DNA of 64,000 nt from Fidelibacterota bacterium (GTDB taxonomy: Bacteria; Fidelibacterota; UBA2242). Both the position numbers and the translations under genes were made by a program. Every line of letters begins with the position of its first letter. The first letter of the stretch is position 1. The stretch lies in the NCBI GenBank assembly GCA_016783665.1, contig JADHWC010000001.1, positions 10,596 to 74,595 of the forward strand, in the 5' to 3' direction. Under the pieces are notes generated by a model that had not been told where the DNA came from, did not search any database, and worked only from the letters and a program-made list of their open reading frames with translations. Below, in pieces: positions 47,301-55,488 of the stretch.

Positions 47301-47775
47301 CATTGATTTTATCGGAACTTTCGGAGATAGTACCCTCCTTCCTCAACCCGGAGACGTTTATCATGTAACTTTTAACCGACCTTTCTTTAAAACAGACTCA
47401 ATTGCGTTTACCGTGGCGACTTACGATTCTCTGGATAAACAAGACCTTAAATATACCATGAAAGATATTAAAGTTGTCCCCAATCCCTATGTGGCAACTA
47501 ATGCCATGGAACCATCGGTTGCAAACTGGTTTTTAAATCAGCGCCGGCGCTTATTGTTTACCAATTTACCGGCTCAATGCACGATTAAAATATTTACCGT
47601 CAGTGGTGTTTTAGTGGACAAAATTGATGTAAATAATAATTCCGACGACGGTATCGCGCACTGGGATATGCTGACCAGTGAAAATCTTGAGATCGCCGCG
47701 GGAATGTATATATATCACGTGCAGTCCAAGTTGACTAACGATGAGAAGGTTGGCAAATTCGCCGTAATAAAATAG
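44320..47775 (+). CDS. Large secreted calcium-binding (Asp-rich, thrombospondin-type-3/dockerin-like repeat) protein with divergent T9SS C-terminal sorting domain
   Basis: Start moved to ATG 44320 (AGGAGG RBS, signal peptide MKKMSKIFLFILACLLLSSIIYGQ). Asp-rich loops (DNDEDGLVDE, DEDQDWQDGEDLNGNGIYDVGEDAGDDVGLDG). C-terminal ~100 aa (VVPNPYV...CTIKIFTVSGVLV...IAHWDMLTSENLEIAAGMYIYHVQ...KFAVIK) parallels the CTD pattern NPF / beta-strands / G-Y-Y / terminal K. Confidence 0.6.
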   Translation: MKKMSKIFLFILACLLLSSIIYGQGKLYEGPDDPAADPAAIREGYMTGNRVLLYFRNTTQLSDWPKVEVSKWPNTYEGTKMVDGIGLLIGAQVFITQDTVPVTDPTQRILLNAQHKLDTLYFLQTHYREEMDRDPTGQIEWGLYPVFGYFNENSEYPAMSNLPNSWPTAGWPASGDQLQWQGEWDGRFGRGVIYADLETYFVANDAQDQEYLGPEDIVKYYPRPERKIGDKRPSVTVQYGKPWGGIGIRVEQRGFQWNNPQARDAIFWEYNIANISDYDLPEMAFGYWVDNAIGDNVAGAGDDDELGFFDRKIDLAYSWDIDGIGQGGYPTGIMGFAYLESPGLAYDEIDNDEDGLVDEKRDNPAGNIIGPTVGIAVLSDFLEFYRLTEEDLRDHYEGDEDQDWQDGEDLNGNGIYDVGEDAGDDVGLDGVGPSELNYTGPDPGECNHMPDYTEDGCEPNFAATDVSESDMVGLTSFQLFPIQPHRPPYTKWFRNDKSMWEVVGSDTLIEYLGNISNLVETFASGPFPLYQGRTERISMSELHSFDPLEGLSSDEYSAPALFELKRIVQVIYEKDYRFAQPPKMPTLTATAGDGKVILTWDDIADTKTRDPFVGNVNDFEGYKLFRATDKKMSDAEVITDGYGTPMFKKPIFQCDIKDDRTGFTDFGLVNGMGYNLGTDSGIRHYFIDTNVQNGRTYYYAIVAYDYGAPHIGPGISPSENNIIIELDEAEEIRNTTKNVQIVTPHQRAAGYVPEDIQMDLNDDIIGTGTVVPEILAKNSLKPGHLYKVSFGLDTLGVIDKYDHGVYYTNNSINVFDATDSVVIYKENPDRFPGTNLVYDDTLDNWYINTLNVINTDVFDGLRLNIQISVRTATFDYGNSGWIVGSSPINVTPTKRESKFFSWDYDIIFSDEVKYTGQGSASRIRDVNDTQIRRDLLTTEDFNFYVVNKTFTDSVEVLDMVVHDLDKNSQFDILTDKIYVGPLNSDGKWAGAVFAIDFIGTFGDSTLLPQPGDVYHVTFNRPFFKTDSIAFTVATYDSLDKQDLKYTMKDIKVVPNPYVATNAMEPSVANWFLNQRRRLLFTNLPAQCTIKIFTVSGVLVDKIDVNNNSDDGIAHWDMLTSENLEIAAGMYIYHVQSKLTNDEKVGKFAVIK

Positions 47776-47820
47776 AAGATATGGGTATCTATGATGACTG
47801 TGGGAATGAAAGGTGATAAA

Positions 47821-48891
47821 ATGAGATTTGGAAATTTATTTAAAAGTCTAATAATATTGGCGCTGTTGACTTATATAGTAAGTCCGCAATTATATGCACA
47901 AAAACCTTACCGGGTAGGTACGACAGCAGCAAACTTTCTAGAAATTGGCGTCGGCAGCGATGGAAATGCGATGGGAGAAGCCTATGTCAGTATGGTTGGT
48001 AAATTATCCTCAATCTACTGGAATCCTGCCGGTCTGGCGTTTATGCGACAGAACGAAGCCCTGTTTATGTATCAACCCTGGATCGTAGATATTAACTCGT
48101 CCAGCGCTGCCTTTGCATATCTGCTTCCCTCTGTCGGTACGCTGGCATTTGGATTCAATCACGTGGGCTATGGCGATATGGAAGTTACCACTTTAGAATC
48201 GCAGGATGGAACGGGTGAATTTTTCAACGCTAATGATTATAATTTTACCGTTACATATTCTAGGAAACTGGCTCAGTGGTTTGCTTTTGGAGCTTCGGCT
48301 AAATATATCAGCTCGCAAATCTGGCATACCAACGCCAGCGCCATGGCAATCGACATCGGCGTTATTGTAAATTCCGGTTTTTTCTCGGTCACCGGGAAAA
48401 AGAATGACGGCATGCGGATTGGAATGAGCATCTCAAATTATGGCACGAAAATGCAATATAACGGCATGGATTTGTTATTCCCAATTGATATTCTGCCCGA
48501 TGAAGCCGGGAATTACAGCGCGGTCAAGGGGCAATTTAAACCGCAAGAATGGGAACTGCCGTTGATTTTCCGGATCGGCGTATCGGTGCAGCCTATCGTT
48601 TTTAGAAATCAGCGCTTGACGCTTGCCGTCGATGCCTTACATCCAAACAACAATGCCGAATCGGTTAACGTAGGCGCCGAATATGAAATGACGATTCCCG
48701 GAACGGGCAGTTTTAGTCTGCGAGCGGGTTACAAATCGCTTTTTATGGAAGAAACTGAATTTGGAATGACTTTCGGTGGCGGACTGCTGTTACGGTTTAT
48801 GAATAATCTGGGGTTAAAGGTCGATTATGCATTTAAGCCGGTCGGAATCCTTGGAAATACACATTCATATACGCTGGGACTAATTTTTTAA
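47821..48891 (+). CDS. porV: PorV/LptO-like (FadL-fold) outer-membrane beta-barrel protein, T9SS-associated
   Basis: Start at ATG 47821 (signal peptide MRFGNLFKSLIILALLTYIVSPQLYAQ). Mature N-terminus GTTAANFLEIGVGSDGNAMGEAYVSMVGKLSSIYWNPAGLAFM matches the PorV/PorQ-family signature. Ends with aromatic-rich beta strands (...YTLGLIF). Confidence 0.6.
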   Translation: MRFGNLFKSLIILALLTYIVSPQLYAQKPYRVGTTAANFLEIGVGSDGNAMGEAYVSMVGKLSSIYWNPAGLAFMRQNEALFMYQPWIVDINSSSAAFAYLLPSVGTLAFGFNHVGYGDMEVTTLESQDGTGEFFNANDYNFTVTYSRKLAQWFAFGASAKYISSQIWHTNASAMAIDIGVIVNSGFFSVTGKKNDGMRIGMSISNYGTKMQYNGMDLLFPIDILPDEAGNYSAVKGQFKPQEWELPLIFRIGVSVQPIVFRNQRLTLAVDALHPNNNAESVNVGAEYEMTIPGTGSFSLRAGYKSLFMEETEFGMTFGGGLLLRFMNNLGLKVDYAFKPVGILGNTHSYTLGLIF

Positions 48892-48963
48892 CCGACCAAT
48901 CAAAAAATAAATTAACTAAATTTTGATATGATTGATTTAAGAATTATGCCCTTGAGGCACTTA

Positions 48964-48992
48964 CCCCCAATCCTGTTTTGGGGGTCTTTTTT
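48964..48992 (+). terminator. Rho-independent terminator (CCCCCAA...TTGGGGG stem, T7 tail)
   Basis: GC-rich hairpin ACCCCCAATCCTGTTTTGGGGGT followed by CTTTTTT, ~70 nt after the PorV-like stop. Confidence 0.55.
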
Positions 48993-49026
48993 AAAAGTTA
49001 ACCACTTTTTAGCAATTTGAGGATTT

Positions 49027-50553
49027 ATGAAATACGGATTGAGATTACCGCAATACTCTTTATTAATGTCTGTTTTTGGAGTAATACTGTTTTTCAGTTG
49101 TAGCGAGAAGGAAGATCAAATACCTGACGAAAAAATTCTTGCCAGAATCGGGAATAAAACTATCGCGGTCAATGAATTTATACGCCGGGCTGAACACACT
49201 ATCCGACCAGCTTATTGCAAACAGGATAATTATATTCATAAAAAGATCATTTTGAATTCCCTGATCGCGGAAAAACTTTTTGCGCTGGAAGCGGGCTTGG
49301 ATAATGAATTAGTTAAGAATGAAGAGTTCCGGAATTATATCCGGGGCAGGCAGGAACAGGCTATGCGCCAGTACTTTTACTACGACAGAGCCTATAATAA
49401 AGTCGAACCCGATACCGCCGAGATTAAAAGAGTTTATAAACTTGCCGGAAGAATCTACAGGATTCAGTATCTGCGTCTGCCCGATGAGAATTCCGTATCT
49501 GCCTTTATGAAACTTCATAGAGAGGGTGGAATACCGTTCGATTCATTGGCGATGGATATTTTAGGCGATTCAACCATACCGGAGCGTCAAATCAATTTTA
49601 ACGATGATCTGAGCAACGAGTTTTTCGATCTTTTTTATTCGAAGCCCCTGGAAAAGGATCAATTGATTGGTCCGGTTAAAAATGAAGATGACAGCTTTTT
49701 GATAATGAAAGTCGCCGGCTGGAAGACCCGGGTCGTCATTAGCGATAAAGAAATTAAACAACGGTGGAATGATGTCCGCGATAAATTAAAAAATATTGCA
49801 GCAAACCAGCTGTATAATCAACAAGTCTCCGAACTGATGAAAGGGAAAAGATTAAAATTTACCGAAGATACATTCTATCAACTTACGGATATTCTGGCGC
49901 CGCTATACATGAAAAACATACAGGATAAAAAAGAGGCATTCAACCAGAAGTTCTGGAAAAAAGAGGTGGAGGTTGATTTTGACACCACCTATGACCAGAG
50001 CATTGAATCACTTCGGCACAAACCGTTATTTACGCTGGATGGAATTGTGTGGACTGTCGCTGATTTTGAAAAAGCCTTACAGTCCCATCCGCTGGTTTTT
50101 CGCAAGCGTCAATTCAGCAGTAAGGAATTTCCCGAGCAATTTAAGTATGCCGTTGCGGACCTGGTTCGGGATATCCAGATCAACCGGGAAGCCTACAAGG
50201 TGGGTTATAATAATGTTCCCGTTGTTAAAAATTATGCCAACATGTGGCATGATGATCTGGTGTCTATGCACTGGCGAAATGAATACCTTAAACGAGCTGG
50301 GTTTCAGGGCAATTTCGGAGATAATTATATGGAAGCGATTGAAGATTATCTGAATCCTTATGTGGATAGTCTTCAACAAAAATATAGTGATCTTATAGAA
50401 ATTAACACCGATGCTTTTGAAAAAATTGATCTTACTAATATTGATATGTTTGCAATTCAGAGAAATGTGCCTTATCCGATTGTCAGTCCGAGTTTTCCCA
50501 TTTTAACAACGGATAATAAGTTGGATTATGGTAGAAAAATGATTATTGAATAA
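49027..50553 (+). CDS. Hypothetical lipoprotein (possible SurA-N-like chaperone region)
   Basis: 508 aa. Lipobox-like LFFSCS. ILARIGNKTIAVNEFIRRAE resembles SurA/PpiD N-terminal chaperone segments. No catalytic motif found. Confidence 0.4.
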   Translation: MKYGLRLPQYSLLMSVFGVILFFSCSEKEDQIPDEKILARIGNKTIAVNEFIRRAEHTIRPAYCKQDNYIHKKIILNSLIAEKLFALEAGLDNELVKNEEFRNYIRGRQEQAMRQYFYYDRAYNKVEPDTAEIKRVYKLAGRIYRIQYLRLPDENSVSAFMKLHREGGIPFDSLAMDILGDSTIPERQINFNDDLSNEFFDLFYSKPLEKDQLIGPVKNEDDSFLIMKVAGWKTRVVISDKEIKQRWNDVRDKLKNIAANQLYNQQVSELMKGKRLKFTEDTFYQLTDILAPLYMKNIQDKKEAFNQKFWKKEVEVDFDTTYDQSIESLRHKPLFTLDGIVWTVADFEKALQSHPLVFRKRQFSSKEFPEQFKYAVADLVRDIQINREAYKVGYNNVPVVKNYANMWHDDLVSMHWRNEYLKRAGFQGNFGDNYMEAIEDYLNPYVDSLQQKYSDLIEINTDAFEKIDLTNIDMFAIQRNVPYPIVSPSFPILTTDNKLDYGRKMIIE

Positions 50554-50582
50554 AATAATTTGAATGGGGTTAAAAGAGTAAA

Positions 50583-52379
50583 ATGAAGAAAATCACACTC
50601 CTGTTCTTTCTATTTTTATCTTTTGGAATGGGTAAAGAATTTAAAGGCGCCGAGCTGCGGACAAAAGACACATTTACCTACGGGCGTTTTGAGGTGAATT
50701 ATAAAGCATCCAAAGGCGCCGGACATACGTCAACTTTTTTCACCTATCACGAATTGGGTAGCGCAGGCATTGCCGATTGGAACGAACTGGATATTGAGAT
50801 AATAGGTCGATATACTGATGATATTCAGTTTAACGCCATTACTCCGGGACAAAGTAACCATGAACATCATCAGTGGTTGAGATTCGATCCCACGGTCGGC
50901 TTTCACACTTATGCATTTGAATGGACGCCTGAATATGTCGCCTGGTTTGTTGATGGCGAGGAGGTTTACCGTCAGACCGGTGAACATGTGGCTACCCTGG
51001 ATAAGGATCAAAAGATCATGATGAATATCTGGCCTCCGGCTTATGCATCTTGGGTAGGCGTTTTGGATAACCGCATGTTGCCGTTCTTTGCTTACTACGA
51101 TTGGGTGAGTTATGCGTCTCATTCTCCAGGAGCCGGGAATTCGGGAACCGGTAATAATTTCACCTTTCAGTGGCGTGACGATTTCGATGAATGGGATACG
51201 AATCGCTGGGCTAAAGCTTCACATACCTGGGATGGAAATAACAGCGACTTTGTACCTGATAATTGTGTGTTCCGGGACAGTAAAATGGTTCTCTGTTTAA
51301 CGGACGCCGACAATATCGGTTATGTTGACCACAATACACCGTTTATGCTTTGGGCGAGATACGATTCCGATACCGTTACCGTGATGTTTTCTGAAGAAAT
51401 AACTTTAGAAAGCGCTGAGAAAGTCTCCAATTACCGCATCACCGGGGTTACTATCACCCAGGCGTTATCACAACCGGATCACCGGTCGGTTAAATTAGCA
51501 GTTACCGGAATTGATCCGGAAAATACATACAGTGTTGTGGCGCTGGGAATAAAAGATATTTCGCCAACTCCAAATACATTAATGGGGCAATCCCTGAATA
51601 TCCAGATGCCGCCGAAGTGGAATTACCCTCTGAAAATCAATATTGGGGGTGATGCTTACAGTGAATGGCGGGGTGACCAGAATTGGTCTGATGATAGGGA
51701 TTATGGACAAATCGGTGGCGCTGACGGTCATTTTCCCGGACAATCGATTTCAGGAACAACGGATGATGTAATCTTCCAATCGGAGCAAAGGGGGCTCGTA
51801 AAATACCAGGTTCGGCTTCCCCGGGGGAGATATAATGTATCGCTGATGATGTCTGAAAATTATTTCAATGAATCCGGGAAACGGATTTTTGATATCAATG
51901 TTGAAGGAATCTATATCGCCCGGAATCTGGATTTGTATGCCGAAGTCGGCGCACATGCGGCATATACCATAGCCGTAAACGATATTGTTGTACAGGATGG
52001 GATTCTGGATATTCATTTTGGTAATATTATTGATTACAGCTTACTGAATGGACTGATTATCGAAGAGGTGCCGACGGCTGTGGATGATGGAAGTTCCACA
52101 ATTAGCGATGAATTTTACCTGGGGCAGAATTTCCCGAACCCCTTCAATCAAAGGACAACATTTCGTTTTAGAGTGCCACGGGATTCAAAAGCCTCGATAT
52201 CAATTTTTGATATGCGCGGCTCAAAAGTCGAATCTTTTTTGAATGAAAACCTTGCCGCCGGTAGCTATGTAAAGACCTGGAATGCCCCGGTTTCCAGCGG
52301 AATATATTTTTATAAACTTGATGTATCTTCACAAGGTAGAGTCTTTAGCGATATAAAGAAGATGGTATTACTTAAATAA
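50583..52379 (+). CDS. GH16 beta-glucanase (licheninase-like) with malectin-like CBM and T9SS C-terminal sorting domain
   Basis: GH16 catalytic motif ExDxxE as NELDIEIIG. Malectin-like segment (KINIGGDAYSEWRGDQNWSDDRDYGQIGGADGHF...RIFDINVEGIYIARNLDLYAEVG). CTD (LGQNFPNPFNQRTTFRF...GIYFYKLD...KKMVLLK). Confidence 0.8.
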   Translation: MKKITLLFFLFLSFGMGKEFKGAELRTKDTFTYGRFEVNYKASKGAGHTSTFFTYHELGSAGIADWNELDIEIIGRYTDDIQFNAITPGQSNHEHHQWLRFDPTVGFHTYAFEWTPEYVAWFVDGEEVYRQTGEHVATLDKDQKIMMNIWPPAYASWVGVLDNRMLPFFAYYDWVSYASHSPGAGNSGTGNNFTFQWRDDFDEWDTNRWAKASHTWDGNNSDFVPDNCVFRDSKMVLCLTDADNIGYVDHNTPFMLWARYDSDTVTVMFSEEITLESAEKVSNYRITGVTITQALSQPDHRSVKLAVTGIDPENTYSVVALGIKDISPTPNTLMGQSLNIQMPPKWNYPLKINIGGDAYSEWRGDQNWSDDRDYGQIGGADGHFPGQSISGTTDDVIFQSEQRGLVKYQVRLPRGRYNVSLMMSENYFNESGKRIFDINVEGIYIARNLDLYAEVGAHAAYTIAVNDIVVQDGILDIHFGNIIDYSLLNGLIIEEVPTAVDDGSSTISDEFYLGQNFPNPFNQRTTFRFRVPRDSKASISIFDMRGSKVESFLNENLAAGSYVKTWNAPVSSGIYFYKLDVSSQGRVFSDIKKMVLLK

Positions 52380-52409
52380 CTGAAAAATATTATAAGGGAA
52401 CAAACAGTC

Positions 52410-54611
52410 ATGAAATCCACTTTCAAATTTTTAGTCACACTTGCTTTTATCATTACAATAATTTTGGGTCAGCATCTCAAGGATGTTGAAATCGAAGTAA
52501 AAGTTAATGACCTGCTTCACCAAATGACCTTCGCCGAAAAGGTTGGGCAAATGACCCAGTTCAGCGGCACGAATAAGCGGTATGAGCAGATGATCCGGGA
52601 AGGAAAAATCGGATCCTTACTGAATGTCATTGGTGCTGAAGAGAATAATCGTCTTCAGAAAATAGCAGTGGAAGAATCCCGTCTCGGAATTCCGCTGGTT
52701 ATTGGTCTTGATGTGATTCACGGATACCGGACGATATTTCCGATTCCTCTTGCGGCTTCGGCGAGCTGGGATACCGTTTTAATTCGTAAAGCTGCTGAAA
52801 TCGCAGCAAAAGAAGCGGCATCCGCCGGAATTCACTGGACTTTCGCGCCAATGGTGGATATTGCCAGGGATGCTCGTTGGGGAAGAATTGCGGAAGGCGC
52901 CGGAGAAGATCCATTTTTGGGTTCTGCAATGGCAAGAGCACAGGTCTTAGGATTTCAAGGGAAAAGTTTAGCAGATCCTTTAACTCTCTTAGCATGTGGG
53001 AAACACTTTGTTGCTTATGGGGGTGCTGAAGGTGGAAGAGATTACAATACGGTTGATATTTCTGAACGAACACTGAGAGAGATTTATTTGCCACTTTTTA
53101 AAGCGGCGGTTGACGCCGGTGTGGGTACGCTTATGAGCGCCTTCAATGAAATCGGCGGCGTTCCTGCTTCCGCTAATCAATTCACCTTACAAACAATTCT
53201 TAAAGGAGAATGGGGATTTGACGGTTTTGTCGTCAGTGACTGGAATTCCATTGGTGAACTGGTTGCTCACGGCATTGCTAAAGATCGATTGGAAGCCGGA
53301 GTTAAGGGATTAACCGCCGGTGTCGATATGGATATGGAGGGACGCTGTTATACAATTGATATGGAAGCGCTCGTTGCTGATGGAACATTATCGGAAGAGT
53401 TAATTAACGATGCTGTTCGACGGATATTACGAATCAAGTTCAAGTTAGGACTGTTTGAGCATCCCTATATTGATGAAAGCATACAAAAAGAATTGATCCT
53501 GCATCAGGATCACATTCAGACGGCGTTGGAGTTGGCGCGGGAATCCATTGTTCTTCTGAAAAATAAAAGGGACATCTTGCCTTTAAACAGGAAAGAGCTT
53601 AATACAATTGCGCTCATTGGACCTTTAGCGGATGATAAAGATGCACCGCTCGGTACCTGGAGATGTCAGGGAAAACAGGAGGATGTGGTCACTGTTTATG
53701 AAGGATTGAAAAATAAGTTGGGCGATGAGGTGAAAATAATTTATGCCAAAGGTTGTGACGTCAAAAACAATAGTCGAACCGAATTTAATAAGGCAATTAA
53801 GGTTGTCCGCAAAGCCGATATTGTCGTGATGGTGATGGGTGAAAGCGCCGATATGAGTGGTGAAGCGGCATCCCGGGCTGATCTGAGTTTACCCGGTGTT
53901 CAGGCTGAATTATTAAACGCAATCGCTGAAACAAACAAACCGGTTGTACTGGTTTTAATGAATGGCAGACCTCTGACGCTGAGCAATGTGGAATCGAAAG
54001 TGACTGCCATTGTGGAAGCCTGGCATCTCGGAATACAGCACGGGAATGCGGTTGCCGATGTATTAGTTGGTGATTATAATCCTTCTGGGAAATTAACGGC
54101 AACGTTTCCCAGATCGGTGGGTCAAATACCAATTTATTACAATCATAAAAATTCCGGAAGGCCGAATAATCCTTCGGATAAATTTACCTCAAAGTACATA
54201 GATTTACCATCTTCACCCTTGTATCCATTTGGATATGGACTCAGTTATACGAAATTCAAATATTCTGATATTAAAGTGCTAAATAATCGCTTATTATCTT
54301 CAGATGAATTAGTCGTGAGTGTCAATGTGAAAAATGTGGGGAAACGCGATGGTGATGAAGTTGTTCAACTCTATATTCGGGATATGGTAGGCAGTGTTAC
54401 CAGACCGGTCAAGGAATTAAAAGGATTTCAACGTGTGGCTTTAGAGGCAGGTGAACAAAAAACCGTTCAGTTTCGGGTGCCGGTGCAGGAACTGAGGTTT
54501 TATGATTCGGATATGAAATACACAGTAGAACCCGGTGATTTCAGCGTTATGATCGGCGGAAATTCTGTAGAAGGGTTGACAGCGAATTTTAAAGTTATTA
54601 GTTTGAAATAG
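52410..54611 (+). CDS. Glycoside hydrolase family 3 beta-glucosidase (BglX-like)
   Basis: 733 aa. Signal peptide. GH3 nucleophile region GFVVSDWNSI. C-terminal FnIII-like domain. Confidence 0.85.
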   Translation: MKSTFKFLVTLAFIITIILGQHLKDVEIEVKVNDLLHQMTFAEKVGQMTQFSGTNKRYEQMIREGKIGSLLNVIGAEENNRLQKIAVEESRLGIPLVIGLDVIHGYRTIFPIPLAASASWDTVLIRKAAEIAAKEAASAGIHWTFAPMVDIARDARWGRIAEGAGEDPFLGSAMARAQVLGFQGKSLADPLTLLACGKHFVAYGGAEGGRDYNTVDISERTLREIYLPLFKAAVDAGVGTLMSAFNEIGGVPASANQFTLQTILKGEWGFDGFVVSDWNSIGELVAHGIAKDRLEAGVKGLTAGVDMDMEGRCYTIDMEALVADGTLSEELINDAVRRILRIKFKLGLFEHPYIDESIQKELILHQDHIQTALELARESIVLLKNKRDILPLNRKELNTIALIGPLADDKDAPLGTWRCQGKQEDVVTVYEGLKNKLGDEVKIIYAKGCDVKNNSRTEFNKAIKVVRKADIVVMVMGESADMSGEAASRADLSLPGVQAELLNAIAETNKPVVLVLMNGRPLTLSNVESKVTAIVEAWHLGIQHGNAVADVLVGDYNPSGKLTATFPRSVGQIPIYYNHKNSGRPNNPSDKFTSKYIDLPSSPLYPFGYGLSYTKFKYSDIKVLNNRLLSSDELVVSVNVKNVGKRDGDEVVQLYIRDMVGSVTRPVKELKGFQRVALEAGEQKTVQFRVPVQELRFYDSDMKYTVEPGDFSVMIGGNSVEGLTANFKVISLK

Positions 54612-54626
54612 GGAGAAAATTAACCG

Positions 54627-55487
54627 GTGAAAATTTTGAACAGTAAAAATATCGCTTTACTCATAAGCATTATTGCTATTATTGGTTGTGCTCAGAATAA
54701 TGCAATCACCAAGAACAATGATGAAAACGACTCTATCCCGGTTCCCGATGGCTGGGAACTGGTCTGGAACGATGAATTTGACGGAGATACGATTGATTTT
54801 GATAAGTGGGAACATGAGGTCAATGCCCATGGCGGGGGCAACAATGAATTGCAATATTACACCGACCGGTCACAAAATTCCCGGGTTAAAGATGGATTGT
54901 TGACTATTCAGGCATTGAAGGAAACCTTTACAGGCCCGGAAGGCGCCCGGGAATATACATCTGCCAGATTGCGCACTAAAAACAGGGGTGATTGGAAGTA
55001 CGGGCGGTTCGAGGTCAGGGCCAAACCGCCCTACGGTCGGGGACTTTGGCCGGCGATCTGGATGCTGCCGACCGATTGGATTTATGGCGGCTGGGCTGCC
55101 AGTGGCGAGATCGATATTATGGAGTTGGTTGGTCATGATCCCGCAACTGTTTACGGAACGCTGCATTACGGAGGAGCTTATCCCGACAATGTCCATACGG
55201 GAGCTTCATATAAACTCGGTTTTGGCAATTTTGCTCTGGATTTTCATGTTTTTGCATTGGAGTGGGATGCTACGGAAATACGTTGGTATGTTGACGATAG
55301 TCTCTATCAGATACAAACGGAGTGGTATTCACAGGGTAATGATTACCCGGCGCCTTTTAACCAGCGTTTTCATTTGCTGCTGAATGTAGCGGTAGGCGGA
55401 AACTGGCCCGGCAATCCCGATAATACTACATCTTTTCCGCAGAGAATGGAAGTTGACTATGTGCGCGTATACCAAAAAACAGACTAA
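54627..55487 (+). CDS. GH16 laminarinase-type beta-1,3-glucanase lipoprotein
   Basis: 286 aa. GTG start. Lipobox IIGCAQ. Catalytic motif GEIDIMELVG (ExDxME form typical of laminarinases). WPAIWMLP region. Confidence 0.8.
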   Translation: MKILNSKNIALLISIIAIIGCAQNNAITKNNDENDSIPVPDGWELVWNDEFDGDTIDFDKWEHEVNAHGGGNNELQYYTDRSQNSRVKDGLLTIQALKETFTGPEGAREYTSARLRTKNRGDWKYGRFEVRAKPPYGRGLWPAIWMLPTDWIYGGWAASGEIDIMELVGHDPATVYGTLHYGGAYPDNVHTGASYKLGFGNFALDFHVFALEWDATEIRWYVDDSLYQIQTEWYSQGNDYPAPFNQRFHLLLNVAVGGNWPGNPDNTTSFPQRMEVDYVRVYQKTD

Positions 55488-55488
55488 A

